DNA of 64,000 bases from Tubulanus polymorphus (Eukaryota > Animalia > Nemertea): positions 6,056,778 to 6,120,777 of the forward strand of contig NC_134030.1 of assembly GCF_964204645.1 (NCBI RefSeq), read 5' to 3'. Shown here in pieces: positions 26,501-38,450 of the stretch. The notes below the pieces were generated by a model, which had not been told where the DNA came from, ran no database searches, and was given only the letters and a program-made list of their open reading frames with translations. The position numbers and the translations under genes are program-made. Positions within the stretch are counted from its first letter, which is position 1, and each line of letters begins with the position of its first letter.

Positions 26501-28142
26501 GATTATTGGAACGCTTTGAAACATGATCGAATTCTTCTTCAATATTATTTTTGTTGTGTCACACCTGCCTTTGTGAAGAATAAGGGTGTCGTATTGTCAG
26601 AATGCCAAGAAGTTTAGTCCATTCAGGGAAATGGTCCATTTGATAACTTCCCCGGGCCATCATCGATCGAATTATGATGTTATATCACACCGAATGCCTT
26701 TAAACAGTTTGTGTGGGAAATTGTCACACTAAACCCCCAACACTTCAAGACAAGTAAATACACAGCCAGATGACGTTTAATAAGAAGCAAACATCGTTAG
26801 AGACGGGCTTACTATTTATAAACGCACGTTTCGACAATTTCAATAGTTGTTTGAACAATCTAATTATTGCACGTACAAATATACACTTCGAACGACCGCC
26901 AGGTTTCTTTTTAAATTCACGAACGTTTGTCATCAATTGCTCTTTCTGGCTGATTCAAACAGACGCGCGCTATGAGAGATCACACAAAAATACTTGATAT
27001 ATCTCATGTCACATTTTCAAGTGGTTGTATGGACGAATGATATATTATGTAGTCCCGCTTATTGGAGTCGAATTCCAGATGGAATCGCGTGTCCCATCAA
27101 CACTAAGGATGTGACACACGTGTCACAGGATATACTATACATAATCATCAATATACAACTAACATAGCCCTGGCATTGATACGTGTTCATTGCCTTCGTG
27201 CTGCGAAACGCAATTCTAACATCCAATACAGCTACAGTTTGTTTGTTCGTGCGTATAAGGGCCTAGCTATCTGTTATGTAGATCCATAAGATAAGACCAA
27301 TTATGTCCATCAACAACATAATGACATAATTTACACGGTATTCTTTTGTAGGGGAGCGATGGGTTTGGACCCTCCTTCGTTTTAAGGATGCGAGCGTATT
27401 ACTCGTATACATCGACGTTAAACACTGGGCGTCCCCCATTCATGCTGCCTTTGAAATAGCGACTAATACTAATTAATATGAACCCTTGATGACCTCATCG
27501 GAAAAAATTGCTGTATATTATCGACATTTATCTACACTTCAGCATCGACTCTGAAGTATCTCCTAAATATTGTTTCCATAATACCTCCAAACGAACGAGA
27601 ATGACGGCTTTCAAATATAATTAACTCATATACAGGAAACGATACGTATACTAAAACTAATATATAGGCGTTTCTAATTGATTTATGGATAAAATAATTA
27701 CACTACGTAGGTAAATATTTGATAAATTGTGTCACACGTTGGAACAGGCTAACGTTAATATCTCAGTCAATATTTTACTTGTCAACATATGAACCAAGTA
27801 AACGCTTTCAAACCGATACAATCATCTGATATTTCAATGCTCCCTCAATTTCTATTGTTTCGTCTCAGGAGTATTATCGATCTTTCTTCCTCGTTCAAAA
27901 ACCTTTACGTAGACTACTAGAGAACCAGTTCACAGTGCCCATTGATAACACAAATTATCTGATTTTCTACAGACAGTAAATAGAAATATATATATCTTGA
28001 CATGATGACTGACAGGTGAGAAATTGCAATATACAATTTGCAAAGTTCCATATTAGAAAAACTTACCCTGATAAACTGCGGTAGAAAGTAAAACCACTTT
28101 GATGAAGAAGCTAATCTGAACTGAGATAGATACGGGCTTCAT
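11511..28142 (-). CDS. Immunoglobulin-superfamily type I membrane protein (V-set + C2/I-set Ig domains, TM helix, PDZ-binding tail), 328 aa
   Basis: Exons 28142-28067 (signal peptide MKPVSISVQISFFIKVVLLSTAVYQG), 17634-17465, 17049-16875, 16765-16436, 11746-11511; GT-AG, phases 1,0,1,1 all consistent (987 nt). Ig motifs LDC...VSW...DEGIYWC and MTC...IRW...DQRAIYRC; TM GLFSLAMAGVGIIGITIYCV followed by RRHRK; C-terminus EETV*. Confidence 0.8.
14205..14888 (+). CDS. Uncharacterised His-tract, largely low-complexity protein (227 aa), nested antisense in the last intron of the Ig gene
   Basis: Long ORF in AT-rich DNA with coding-like GC/CpG content; ATG in aaaATG context at 14205; acceptor tcatttatag at 13880; AATAAA at ~15200; H8 tract; RCEKWL motif. 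Confidence 0.7.
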   Translation: MYATMMYNPTGKSSSQQYHHHHHHHHPHAHRHHKSSTHINAVMKPPKPPSWRDFIGGSNNELSSAKNCVHSDFTDLSRVKQKSSSGPTTSGYYNHPAADFSNNAVDKKRVRASVHRTRSEKQLSGLPSGGEFAISLADLSQQGDYLLRSDRCDYRDENNHRCEKWLAEVHAANYALEDAVFAEGSGVEIEVPDEGHWTDLPGVVPHRLKSSDTDRSKTRRDYSKTKT

Positions 28143-30566
28143 TTCAAAATTACTGTCACTTTCACTTCAACCAAACGATTAAGAGTTTAGACTTTGAGAC
28201 AAGCGCTCAGGTTAAATCCGGCTTGACCACTACAGCACTCCGCGGACAATAGTCCAAAAGTGGACACTGTCTTCACTGACGCAGGAATAACACGAATGTA
28301 CTTAACACTTCTCTGAATTGTCACATCTACAGATAGATAATACCCAACATTCATAACAGCTGCAGGACACGGCGCTGTAAGTGACAGTAACAACTGCGTT
28401 TGCAATAATAAGTAACTTGGTGCGTATAGATATACGTAGTATGGATGACGTTTCCCAGATACTGTCGTGATTCTAATAATCCTTCAAGTGATTCCCAGGT
28501 CTCTAACTGTATGTCCAGCCTCCTAGTAGAATTGAGCCGACTGTAGAGATGTGTCCTCTTCGGTGACAAACGACGCGAGCGACACAATGAGCGTACTCGA
28601 GCACACACACACACACGCGCAGTACCACGATCACGCACACTCGCGCTCGGCTACGATTTGAATCGCTCGTGTAGTTGCGTTATCGTCGAATCCTGCCGTA
28701 CCCGACTCTAAACCCTGGAGAGAACGTATATGTACCGCGATTCATAGCAAAATTATCTTCGTAAATTACAGTTACACTGTCCATTATAATATGCATCAGT
28801 AGTGCGACACAATACGCCCATTAGTACGTCACCTAAATATCTATCTTATTTATAGACAAATTCCCGTTAATGCGAGGAACATTTATAGATCAAATGTATA
28901 TATTTTTACCATTCAGGTGAAGAAGAGTCGCTTGGAAATTACAAAATACAAAATGCGCGGAACAATAGTTCCACCAACAATGTAAACGTAATCGTATCAA
29001 CGTATTACGTCACATCCTCATTGTCACAGCTGTACGTTACGGCGTTGTGATTTATAATCGCTAGCGCTAATATTAGCTGTTTTTCCTTTAAAAATTCGCT
29101 CCAAAAATCGGATTTCACACTCATTCCTTCGTATATATCATCGATCGAAATGATAATTCAATTCGCTATGTACATCCTCACCAGTGCTTCCATTGCAGCC
29201 AGCATCCATTAGTGGTGGTCCAGCACAGCTGACACCTATAACCCGTATTATATTCCGCACACTAACCGCACACGATTCTCGATGTCGGCTCTATTCATTC
29301 TGATTTATCAGGGCCAATTCTAGCGACAGTCCCCCGATTTAGAACGGGTATTGTCTGGTGTTTTACATCGACGCTCATTCGACTCTACACTGAAGCAGCC
29401 ATTGTCCCCATCCATCGCAGATGTCGCATAATGCGCGTGCGCACGTGGCTAATGGGCACTGCAACCGGAATATGAGCGCGAATAAACCGAGGAGCTGGAA
29501 CTAATGAATTATTAGAAAACAGGTAGCAGACGTTAATATATTACATCACATCTGCATCAATTTATAATGTAATGAGATGTGCATCCACCCCCCCCCCTCC
29601 CTCCGTGTAACGCTATCGAACAAAAGCTATTAGATTGGATGCGCTCAGAGAATTGATGTCCTTGTATCTGGAGGTCCATCCGATGTCGTAACTTTTCATA
29701 GGGGCGTGGGAGAGTACTTCCAGGCTTCAACGATGAAACCAATTTCCCGTAAAATGACGGACAGTTCGGCTCATTCCATAGGCGTTTAACAGATCAGAAT
29801 TTTACATACATCGCAGATGATCATTGTAGTTTTAGAGAACTAGTAAATAAATTATTTTTTATTTCATCAGTGTGAGGGTCAACAAAATTATGAAATCCTA
29901 CAATGAACAAAAAGAACATTATTATGTCTTCTAGACATTACATGTATTTTTGAAATCCAGTATATATTGTAAAATATACTTTCGAGAGGTGCGAAATACA
30001 TATTCTCGACTTTTCAGAGTTTAAATCATTAACCAATTAGCATACAAGTTAATTTTTGTGTACTTCTGATTCAATGTCATACAAATATGACAAAAATCAT
30101 GTCTTGGAATAATATGCATTGCTACCGTCATTTATTTCCCGCGCAACGTAAGTTTCCACGTGCCACCAATGCGCCATCTAGTGTTATATATGCGCGTGAA
30201 AATTTCCCATCCCATGATGACAGGTTCGAGTAAAGGACGTACGGAATAATGGCACCTCGTTATACTGATATCGGATACGACGATTTATCGGTTATAACAA
30301 TCTTTGAATTTCGTCCCAAATAGAACAATTTCATTAGTTTCATACAGGATATATCGGATAATCTCACAGTTATAACGAACATTTTTCCCGGTCTTGAAGT
30401 TTGTTATAACTAGGACCTTCCACTGCAGCAAAGAACTGAGACTCTATAATTCGCTGCTCCTTCTGCCCCTTGAAACAATTTCAAAAAAAAAAAATGATGG
30501 CATTTCAAGCCCCAAAGATACCTCTAACAAGAATATATGAAGCATATAACTATGATTTATTAAATA

Positions 30567-31324
30567 TTATGGTACATGGTTAACACGGTCTAAAGCTATA
30601 TAGAAATCAGTTTGTTTCTCAGTGTCCATCAAACCAATTGGTCCCATTTCACAATCCGCGCATGTCAAATATTTTATAGTCCCAACATTTTTCGTAAATC
30701 CGACATTTTCGAATGTATACATATCGTGTACGAGCCAATAATGGCATAATTCTTCAAATTCTGTCTTATCTCCATCAGCCGAATCCTTCTTCTGTTTCAT
30801 ATGAGGTAACGATATCTGTAATAAATTTTGAAAATTCGAATAAAATCAAGATAACAGAATAACTCCTTTTGTTTAGGAAATGTTCATTATTGGCAAACTG
30901 CCTACCAGTACCTGTTTTTGAATGTATTCAGCTTTTTTAGCTAGGAGAACAGTACTTCCACATAGCGTACACAACAATTTGGTCACATTTGTTCCATCAT
31001 TGATGAAGTCAGCGTGTCTGGACAAATGAAAAAAAAAACGACAAATTATCAATCATGGCAAAAATACATGTATTTTTGATATAAACAGTCTCACAACCCA
31101 GAAATTTTCGAACCCGGAAGTAAATGGAATTTTCGCATTTCGAGCCGATTCTATGGTCAATGCGAAGGAAACTGATGCAAAGGATAACAACAGCTCATCC
31201 TCGTAACTATTTCTACACAAAGTGATAATTTTGACGCAATTTATATGACGATTATAGGAAGATAGGCTCACTTTTGTGAAACTTGATGGTCCAAATTTTG
31301 CTCGGCGCCGCTGCTGTCCGCCAT
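30567..31324 (-). CDS. RABIF: Guanine nucleotide exchange factor MSS4 / Rab-interacting factor (135 aa)
   Basis: Exons 31324-31272, 31017-30912, 30815-30567 in frame; Zn ligands CTLC and YLTCADCEMGPIG; W..DMYTFENVGF signature. Confidence 0.95.
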
Positions 31325-31554
31325 TTTTATTCGGGCTAAATATTAATTCCTTTTATTAGCTGAAATCTAATTACGGTGACGATGATTACTTAAAATATAT
31401 TCTCAAATATATATAAAATATATTTGACTCGACAAATTGAAGAATTTATTCACCCATTCAACAGAATTAAACAAATGTAATCAGGCTGTTAGACCAGATT
31501 TAGATATTTTGTTGATTATTTCGTCACTGCGAACTTCAAAAGTTACACGTCAAA
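31325..31554. promoter_or_regulatory. Putative bidirectional promoter RABIF/COPZ1
   Basis: Only 230 bp separate the divergent ATGs; YY1-like AAAATGGCG overlaps the RABIF start. Confidence 0.65.
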
Positions 31555-33614
31555 ATGGATGCTCCATACCCGGTAAGTAAATTGCTGACGTTATTTCAGC
31601 GAATTTTGTACATTTACCGTCGAATATCTTAAAAATCGACGTGTCATCTTTAAGTTCGTTATGATTTGTGATTTGTACTAAGATTTCGAGGTATTTCAAT
31701 GAATAGAAGGCGAGTATTTTGTCGACGAAATAACAGAATTTTCTTATCAATTCAAATTTATTTATTACACACAGGAACCGTCATTGTACACAGTAAAAGC
31801 CATACTTATCCTCGACAATGATGGGAAAAGGCTAATAGCCAAGGTAGGAATTACTTAACCTTTAGAGAGCGACTTTAGGTGTTTCAACTGGTAATGTTGA
31901 AGTGTTAGGCCTAGGACCTCATTAAGGCGTGAATCATGTGGGCGAAATATGAAATAATCGGATTAAATCATTAGTTCATATAACAATGACTGATCAGGTT
32001 TCGATATCCAAATCTTGATCGATATAGATATATTAGCTGGGACATGCTGGAACTCATTGAATATACGGATTTTATCTCAAGCTGAGTTTTATTAACTGTA
32101 CTATCCTTCTACTCACCTGAGGCTCAATATAGGGGGGAAAAAAGCTTCTACTTATCCAATGACATGTGACATAGATGGGAGAGGCTGTAGCAGACTTGAA
32201 CCTGCAGTCAGTGGAAATTACTTGAAATGTAATGTGATGAAAGAATTGAAATAGGCTATTCAATAATGTTTGTTTTTGCAGTATTATGATGACACTTATC
32301 CAACGGCCAAAGAACAGAAAGCGTTTGAAAGTAATCTATTCAACAAAACACACAGAGCTAATGGTGAGTTAATTATTTTGAGGGCATTTAGAGTTTTCAT
32401 CATAAAAGCTAAGATTATAAGAAAAACTCTATTGAAATTATGCCTTCCTTGAATGAACTTTTTTTTTGTTTCAGCTGAAATAATTATGTTGGAAGGTTTA
32501 ACTTGTGTATATAGAAGCAATGTAGATCTGTTTTTCTATGTTATTGGTAGTGCTAATGAGAATGAGGTAAGTAAAGTTGACAGGGGAGGATCAAAGGGAA
32601 CTTATGAAACTTTTACAAGACCATCAAATTTTTTTTTGAGTGCCCTTTTCCATTTTATCATTGATGGTAAATCGATTTATTTCTGTGCGGGAATACACTT
32701 TATATTGCCTTTTTGGACATCAAAGTGCCCTTTTGATATGTGACAAGCCCTTCAAAATTGGCCTCTGGATCCCCCCTGGAAGACCCCATTGAAGTTCATG
32801 CACTGGAAGAAATGTCTCTCATTCTGACCTATGGATATTTACATTGCAGTTAATTTTAGTCAGCGTATTGAACGCATTTTACGACGCAATCAGCCAGATG
32901 TTACGCAAAAATGTAGAAAAGAGGGCGCTATTAGATAATTTAGATGCAATATTCCTGGCTATGGATGAAATATGCGATGGCGGGTATGTACTGGCTTTTC
33001 AACAGATGAGCTGAGCATGACTTACTGAATATTCTATCTCTCAAGATGGCTATCAATTTATGTTTGTAGAATAATAATGGAAGCCGATCCATCTATAATT
33101 GCTCAGCGAGTAATTATTAGAAATGACGACATTCCTCTCGGAGAACAGACAGTCGCGCAGGTAAATACTGCACCCGTTCGCCCCCTACTGTCTAACTTGT
33201 ACACTAGCTCTATCAACCTCACTCATTTTCGATGAATCAACTCTCTTTCTTCCTTCTTTGCCATTCTCGAAAAAATTCATGATCTGTATCTCTTATCTCT
33301 TTACTTGTATTTGAATCTCTATAGCATCTGAGTAGAGCTATCCCCGAGGTAATATATTACATACTTACATTGTTGTAGCTAATTGCCAGTTTATGAATTG
33401 TGAGTTCCTATCGATTTTCTATCTGATTTTCATTTGTCAACCTTTTTCTTATCGGATGATAGGGGTGCTGCCTTGGAATAGAAGCCTGTAGGAAACCTCA
33501 AAGACCACAGATTTCTTTAAAAAAGATATAGGTTCACAGTTGATTAACTGAGATATTTCATTTCAGGTCATCCAGTCGGCTAAAGAACAGATAAAATGGT
33601 CTCTCCTCAAATAG
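31555..33614 (+). CDS. COPZ1: Coatomer subunit zeta (177 aa)
   Basis: Exons 31555-31572, 31775-31843, 32282-32363, 32475-32566, 32850-32983, 33070-33160, 33567-33614. Motifs [48 protein letters not shown]. Confidence 0.96.
32581..32778. mobile_element. Degenerate element of the CAGGGGCGGATC end type in a COPZ1 intron
   Basis: CAGGGGAGGATC / GATCCCCCCTG termini; TSD not preserved. Confidence 0.5.
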
Positions 33615-34124
33615 TTCGAATATTCATCAGCTATCATTATTTCATCACCATCAAGGAAATGTATCAAAACGTGTTGCCCTCTACATTGGAATAGAGAAAC
33701 TATTTGCTGATTTGCCTCATCGATGAAGTGTAAATAGAAAGTCAAAATATATTTATCATTTATCCGTCAATTGAAATCAAGTAGTTGTGTCAGTAATTAC
33801 GGAATATGGGAAACAAATTTCTCCTCACACAAACCAATAATACAAGTACACGTATTTATACAAATGCAGTTTAATAATCATAATATAAGTTATAACTAAT
33901 GTATACAGTTATATATATATTGTAAACTTTGTATAAATATAGTCTAAGATTATTAAGATATCACAGCATCTACGTTACAACAGAGCATAAATTTGATATA
34001 TAAAAAATCTTACGTATAAATGTACATAATAAAAAAATTTGGGCAAAAATTGGCAAGTGTCTCCGGGGGAGGTATTTAATGCAGGTTAAATGAGCTCATC
34101 GATTTCCTAGAATTCGAAAACTGT

Positions 34125-35402
34125 TCAAAGTTTGTATTTGAGATATGATTTTATAATTCGAGGCAATGGAAGATCATCGATGTTTGATTCGCGGCCGGTG
34201 ACTTGACGAATTACCGAACGACACATTTCCTGTAAATTCACCCGCAACAGAGGCAGTTTGTATACGCGGATAGTCCGATGTGAGTCAGTATTACGCATAA
34301 CAGCTATCGTACGATCACAGGCAGAAAACTGTGGAAAGACAACTGAATTAACGGTTTCAGTAAACGGCCAGTACGGACCGCCGGCTGATACGGTCAGTAG
34401 AACTCGCAATTTCAAAGCGTCGATCACATATATTTCGTTGATACTGTATTTAACGGCGCGTTTCGGGAAGACGCACCTCGCGGCGAGGTACGCACCGGTC
34501 CAGCTCGATTTGATCTGAGTAACGTCCGTACTGAGAGACAGGTCGGAAAACGCGACCGTACGAAATTTCTCGTCCAAATCGATTTTCGCGATCGATTTCT
34601 GACACCCGATGAATAGATATCGGTTTCGGTGGCGATTGTCGAACGCGTAACACTCGCCGGGGAAATTATCTCGCGCGAAAATAACATCGATTCCGTTAAA
34701 ATCGTGGCGAGAAAACTCGTACGGGCTCGAGGTTTCGTTGCGTGTCATAACTCTGCCTCTAGGGGGCGGTGTTGCGGGTAATATTAATATCCGACTCGTA
34801 TCCGGAGATATATACGATTCGTAAATTTCTAAGAACGTCGTCGGATCGGACAGTTTGAATACGCACGATTTATCGTCGACGTTGAGACAGTAAAATTCGG
34901 GTCTGAAACATTCTTCGTAGTTAATGACCTCGACGACGGCTAACGGATGACGAAATCCGATTACTCGTATTTCATCGCTGTCGCGGTAATCGTAGTGATT
35001 CGACCACGTTCGATGTCGTAATCGCTCCTGAAACAACGATTCGATACGGCCGCCCGTAAAGAATCTCGGAACGTCGAACTCGAATCGACGACTCGATTCG
35101 TCTATCAAAGTCAACGATTTCTGGGAATTCTTCACCGCCTTAAAATGTCGACCGTTTTGTAAATCGGGTTTTACCAAGCCGAGGCGTCGATAGAACGACT
35201 CGTGGCCCCCTCTATAGCAGACATTATGATTATCGAAGCCTATTTTCTGATAAACATCTTTCGTCCAATAGTTATAATCGCAGAGTAAGACCAGTTGGCG
35301 ATTTTCAGCTTTCGTCAAGATTTGATGATATGATTGATTTTTCAGGTTCGCTCGGTATTCTCGAAGTATTTCCTTTTCGAGTTGTGCCTGTTTATTTCCC
35401 AT
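34125..35402 (-). CDS. SOCS-box-containing protein (425 aa, single coding exon; predicted N-myristoylation, beta-rich core)
   Basis: Uninterrupted ORF; C-terminal SOCS box VNLQEMCRSVIR...IDDLPLPRIIKSYL; N-terminus MGNKQ; splice acceptor just upstream (~35417). Confidence 0.85.
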   Translation of the reverse strand: MGNKQAQLEKEILREYRANLKNQSYHQILTKAENRQLVLLCDYNYWTKDVYQKIGFDNHNVCYRGGHESFYRRLGLVKPDLQNGRHFKAVKNSQKSLTLIDESSRRFEFDVPRFFTGGRIESLFQERLRHRTWSNHYDYRDSDEIRVIGFRHPLAVVEVINYEECFRPEFYCLNVDDKSCVFKLSDPTTFLEIYESYISPDTSRILILPATPPPRGRVMTRNETSSPYEFSRHDFNGIDVIFARDNFPGECYAFDNRHRNRYLFIGCQKSIAKIDLDEKFRTVAFSDLSLSTDVTQIKSSWTGAYLAARCVFPKRAVKYSINEIYVIDALKLRVLLTVSAGGPYWPFTETVNSVVFPQFSACDRTIAVMRNTDSHRTIRVYKLPLLRVNLQEMCRSVIRQVTGRESNIDDLPLPRIIKSYLKYKL

Positions 35403-36290
35403 TATTTCTCAATTCTCTGTAAAAAAAACAATTACCTGGATGAAAGATTTATCTAAAGAGAATCATGTGTTTTATTATCTCTGCCCTCAAAACCCATATT
35501 TCAGAGGTCTTACATTACCATACAGTTATCTTGATCGGACACTGGGAATATCCACCAGCAGATAGTAATGATACTTATTTCGCTATCAAGAAAATGGATC
35601 TATATTCAGTAATGCACTTCTAGTGTCCTCGGTGAATCGGTAATACCAGAAATCAATACATGTACCAATACCACCACAGGAGCTGAATGGCTGATCACTG
35701 CATGCAAATTATGCAAACATCTGATGCAGTTACATTAGTCAAATAAACCGAAGATATCAAAATCAAGAGAAATTCAACATCTAGGGATTAAAACATGGAT
35801 GACAATAGACGGTCTACAACACTTTAGCTCGATATCATTCTATGTTGTTAAAAATGTCATTTCTAAATGTATACAGGCTAGTGTCAATAAAAATTCCTAA
35901 AGATAAACCCTGAAATGTAAGGATGTGATGTTAGGTAAGTTAACTACATAATGACTCTGTAATTATGTACGTAAGCATTACCAGTGCTAATCTATTGCCG
36001 TTGCTCCGAAGCACGTCATTTATTCTGTGTTTCTAGATAAGCTAAAAACACGTCATTTATTCTTGAAAAGCCCTTTTCATAGAAAAGACCCAGATATAAA
36101 ATCGAGGTTAGGTACACACGCACAATACGTGATACCGTTGAAGAACTTTTTATTAATACACTCATAACAACGGCTAAATATATAGTGACTCTAACGAGTC
36201 TCGTTCATTGCATAGCACAACGTCAACGTTGTCGACCGGACTGAGTGATAAGTCATGTGACTACTGTCACATGATCACCCACAAGACAAG

Positions 36291-37135
36291 ATGGCGGATG
36301 ATCGAATGCCGAAAGTCGATATGAATAAAGAATTCCCTAGACTGGGCGAATCCGACAAGCATTACATCAGAAAATTAGAAAGAATGAATCTTCAGAGAGC
36401 GACTGAGATGAAAGGCTTGCGGAATAGAAATTTATTGACAGGCGCGCTCCTCGGCGCCGGCGTTTTAGGAATATGTATCCTTCAAAAAGTCAAATTGCAA
36501 TCAAATTAGCTTTATTCTTATTCATTATGGAACAGAATTACGTCAGATTTCGATGCATGATGTCAATCAATAGATTTCGCCCCCGATTCTATCTTAGCCA
36601 TTAATCTCATGTGATATGACAATGTTCAATATCTGTGCTGATTCTATTGTTATTGATAATAATTACAGTGCTTTCTCAACACAAGGTCCCAAGGAGGAAT
36701 CCAAATTTAATAAGTCCTAACTAAACTCAACTATAGGAATGAATCAATGGTCAGACCACCTGGTAATTCAGCAGATTCCCTTTGTCATTACTATTGATTA
36801 AACGCTGTCCATGTTGTGATGATAATATAGAGAATCCCACACACAAAATCAAGTCCAAAACATGTTTCCTTGAGCTGATTGCTTTCAACATTTCAACTTT
36901 ATATCCCAATTGTCCCATTGCCATAAGAAATATGGATTAATTGGTGTAATTTCATAAGGCTGAACACTCATCCATTCAAACACTGTCCTAGATATCCCAC
37001 TTCATTATAAATGTACTTGTAATTAATCCTTAACCTGGCAATTGCACAGATTTTTATTCAATGTTTGCAGTCAAACAAGAGAAATTCCTGGAGGGATTCG
37101 ACGAGTTGCCAGCTGAACATTCGAAAAATGCCTAG
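36291..37135 (+). CDS. COA3: Cytochrome c oxidase assembly factor 3 (CCDC56), 89 aa
   Basis: Exons 36291-36474 and 37050-37135 give ...LRNRNLLTGALLGAGVLGIYFYSMFAVKQEKFLEGFDE..., the COA3 TM and QE.FL signature. Confidence 0.92.
36475..37049 (+). other. U12-type (minor spliceosome) GT-AG intron in COA3
   Basis: 5' site GTATCCTT at 36475; branch point TCCTTAAC at 37027-37034, close to the CAG acceptor, with no polypyrimidine tract. Confidence 0.93.
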
Positions 37136-37735
37136 CATTTGATAGGATGTTTCAAACTGTGAAAAACTCATGATGAGAATCCAATTATTTGACGAAGTGA
37201 CTTAGTGATGACGTGAATAACATTAGGCCTACACGAAATTGGATTATGTTTGTAACTACATGTCATAGTTGTTAGTGATATCATAGTTGTACAATAAATA
37301 AAAGAAATGTTTTCTATTCTAAATCAAACTTGGAATTTATTTGCTCTGATTGAAGAAAGATGCATTTAAAAGATATCTATCAAAAAAGGCTCATTCTGAT
37401 ACCAACCTTGAGAGTAGCTCCGTCTTGTATTAAACCAGAAGTGTTTTGGGGTAAATGAAAGCATTCTGAAGGAATATTGCAATATATTTACATACCCTAC
37501 ATCACCAATCTTTTCTTGAAATTCTTGATCTTTAAATAGGATATTAAGAAACAATCATTGAATCGGGCTACCGGGTCACACTAATTCAAGACTACTTAGT
37601 ATCGTGTACATTTATTATTCTGAAAATGTCAAGCCATGCTATAACGGGAAGATCAAATTTATTTCAGGCGGTTATTGAGAAACTGGTTAGTTTCAATTAT
37701 TCGGGCTCGTATTTGAAGTTTGGGGGAAACATCTG

Positions 37736-37862
37736 GGGCCGGTTGCTCAAAAGTTGGTTAGAGTTAACCAGTGGATAGTTGATATGGTGACAATTAAAAT
37801 TTCATTTTTACTATGGTATTTAACGGCCGGTTATCTTTAACCAACTTTTGAGCAACTGGCCC
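37736..37862. mobile_element. MITE, PIF/Harbinger-like with CWG target duplication
   Basis: Long TIRs GGGCCGGTTGCTCAAAAGTTGGTTAGAG / CTTTAACCAACTTTTGAGCAACTGGCCC flanked by CTG on both sides. Partial elements with similar ends occur at ~5580-5718, ~22868-22938 and ~61870-61997. Confidence 0.75.
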
Positions 37863-38260
37863 CTGGTCTTACTGAGTCCTGGTCTTACAATACTATAAGG
37901 AAAAAATCGTATCAGGGGGACGATCTAGCTAGAAGCGACATTTTATCCCCTTACTTAAAATACGAGCCCCCAGCGGGAAATTATGAGATTAGTTACGTTG
38001 GGTCTTTCAGTTTCGATTTTTTTCACATTATGGATAGATTTTCACTTCATATCATATGATATATTCAGCCTTTTTTCAAATTTGTTCGTAGAACTGAAAC
38101 CTGGTGTCACCTTGAAATGCCACCTACAAATCTCTGGAAAATTCTCTTGGAACGAACTTGTCATAACTTCCTGGATAAAAGCCAGTAAATTGGATGATAC
38201 AGCTAGTAAGGGGTTAAAGTGGGATTCCACGCATTTGCTCGCACCTGTTCCCACGCTACG

Positions 38261-38450
38261 ATTGGTCGGACTCGCTCACGTTCGAAACTGTGATTGGTTA
38301 GAAGCGATCACGTGGCCCTGCTCGTCTAGAATATTCGAGAAGCCGTCCTCTCTGTAAAAGCTTCCGCGTGGTGTAGACGTTCTTTAATAAACTCCGAGCG
38401 TTTTAACACCGATCACGAAACAATTAGCTCTCTTCATCAAGTAAAAACAC
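38261..38450 (+). promoter_or_regulatory. HSC70 promoter (heat shock element, CCAAT boxes, E-box) and non-coding exon 1
   Basis: Perfect 3-unit HSE aGAAtaTTCgaGAAg at 38328-38342; ATTGG at 38261 and 38293; CACGTG at 38309; donor GTAAGT at 38451. Confidence 0.8.
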
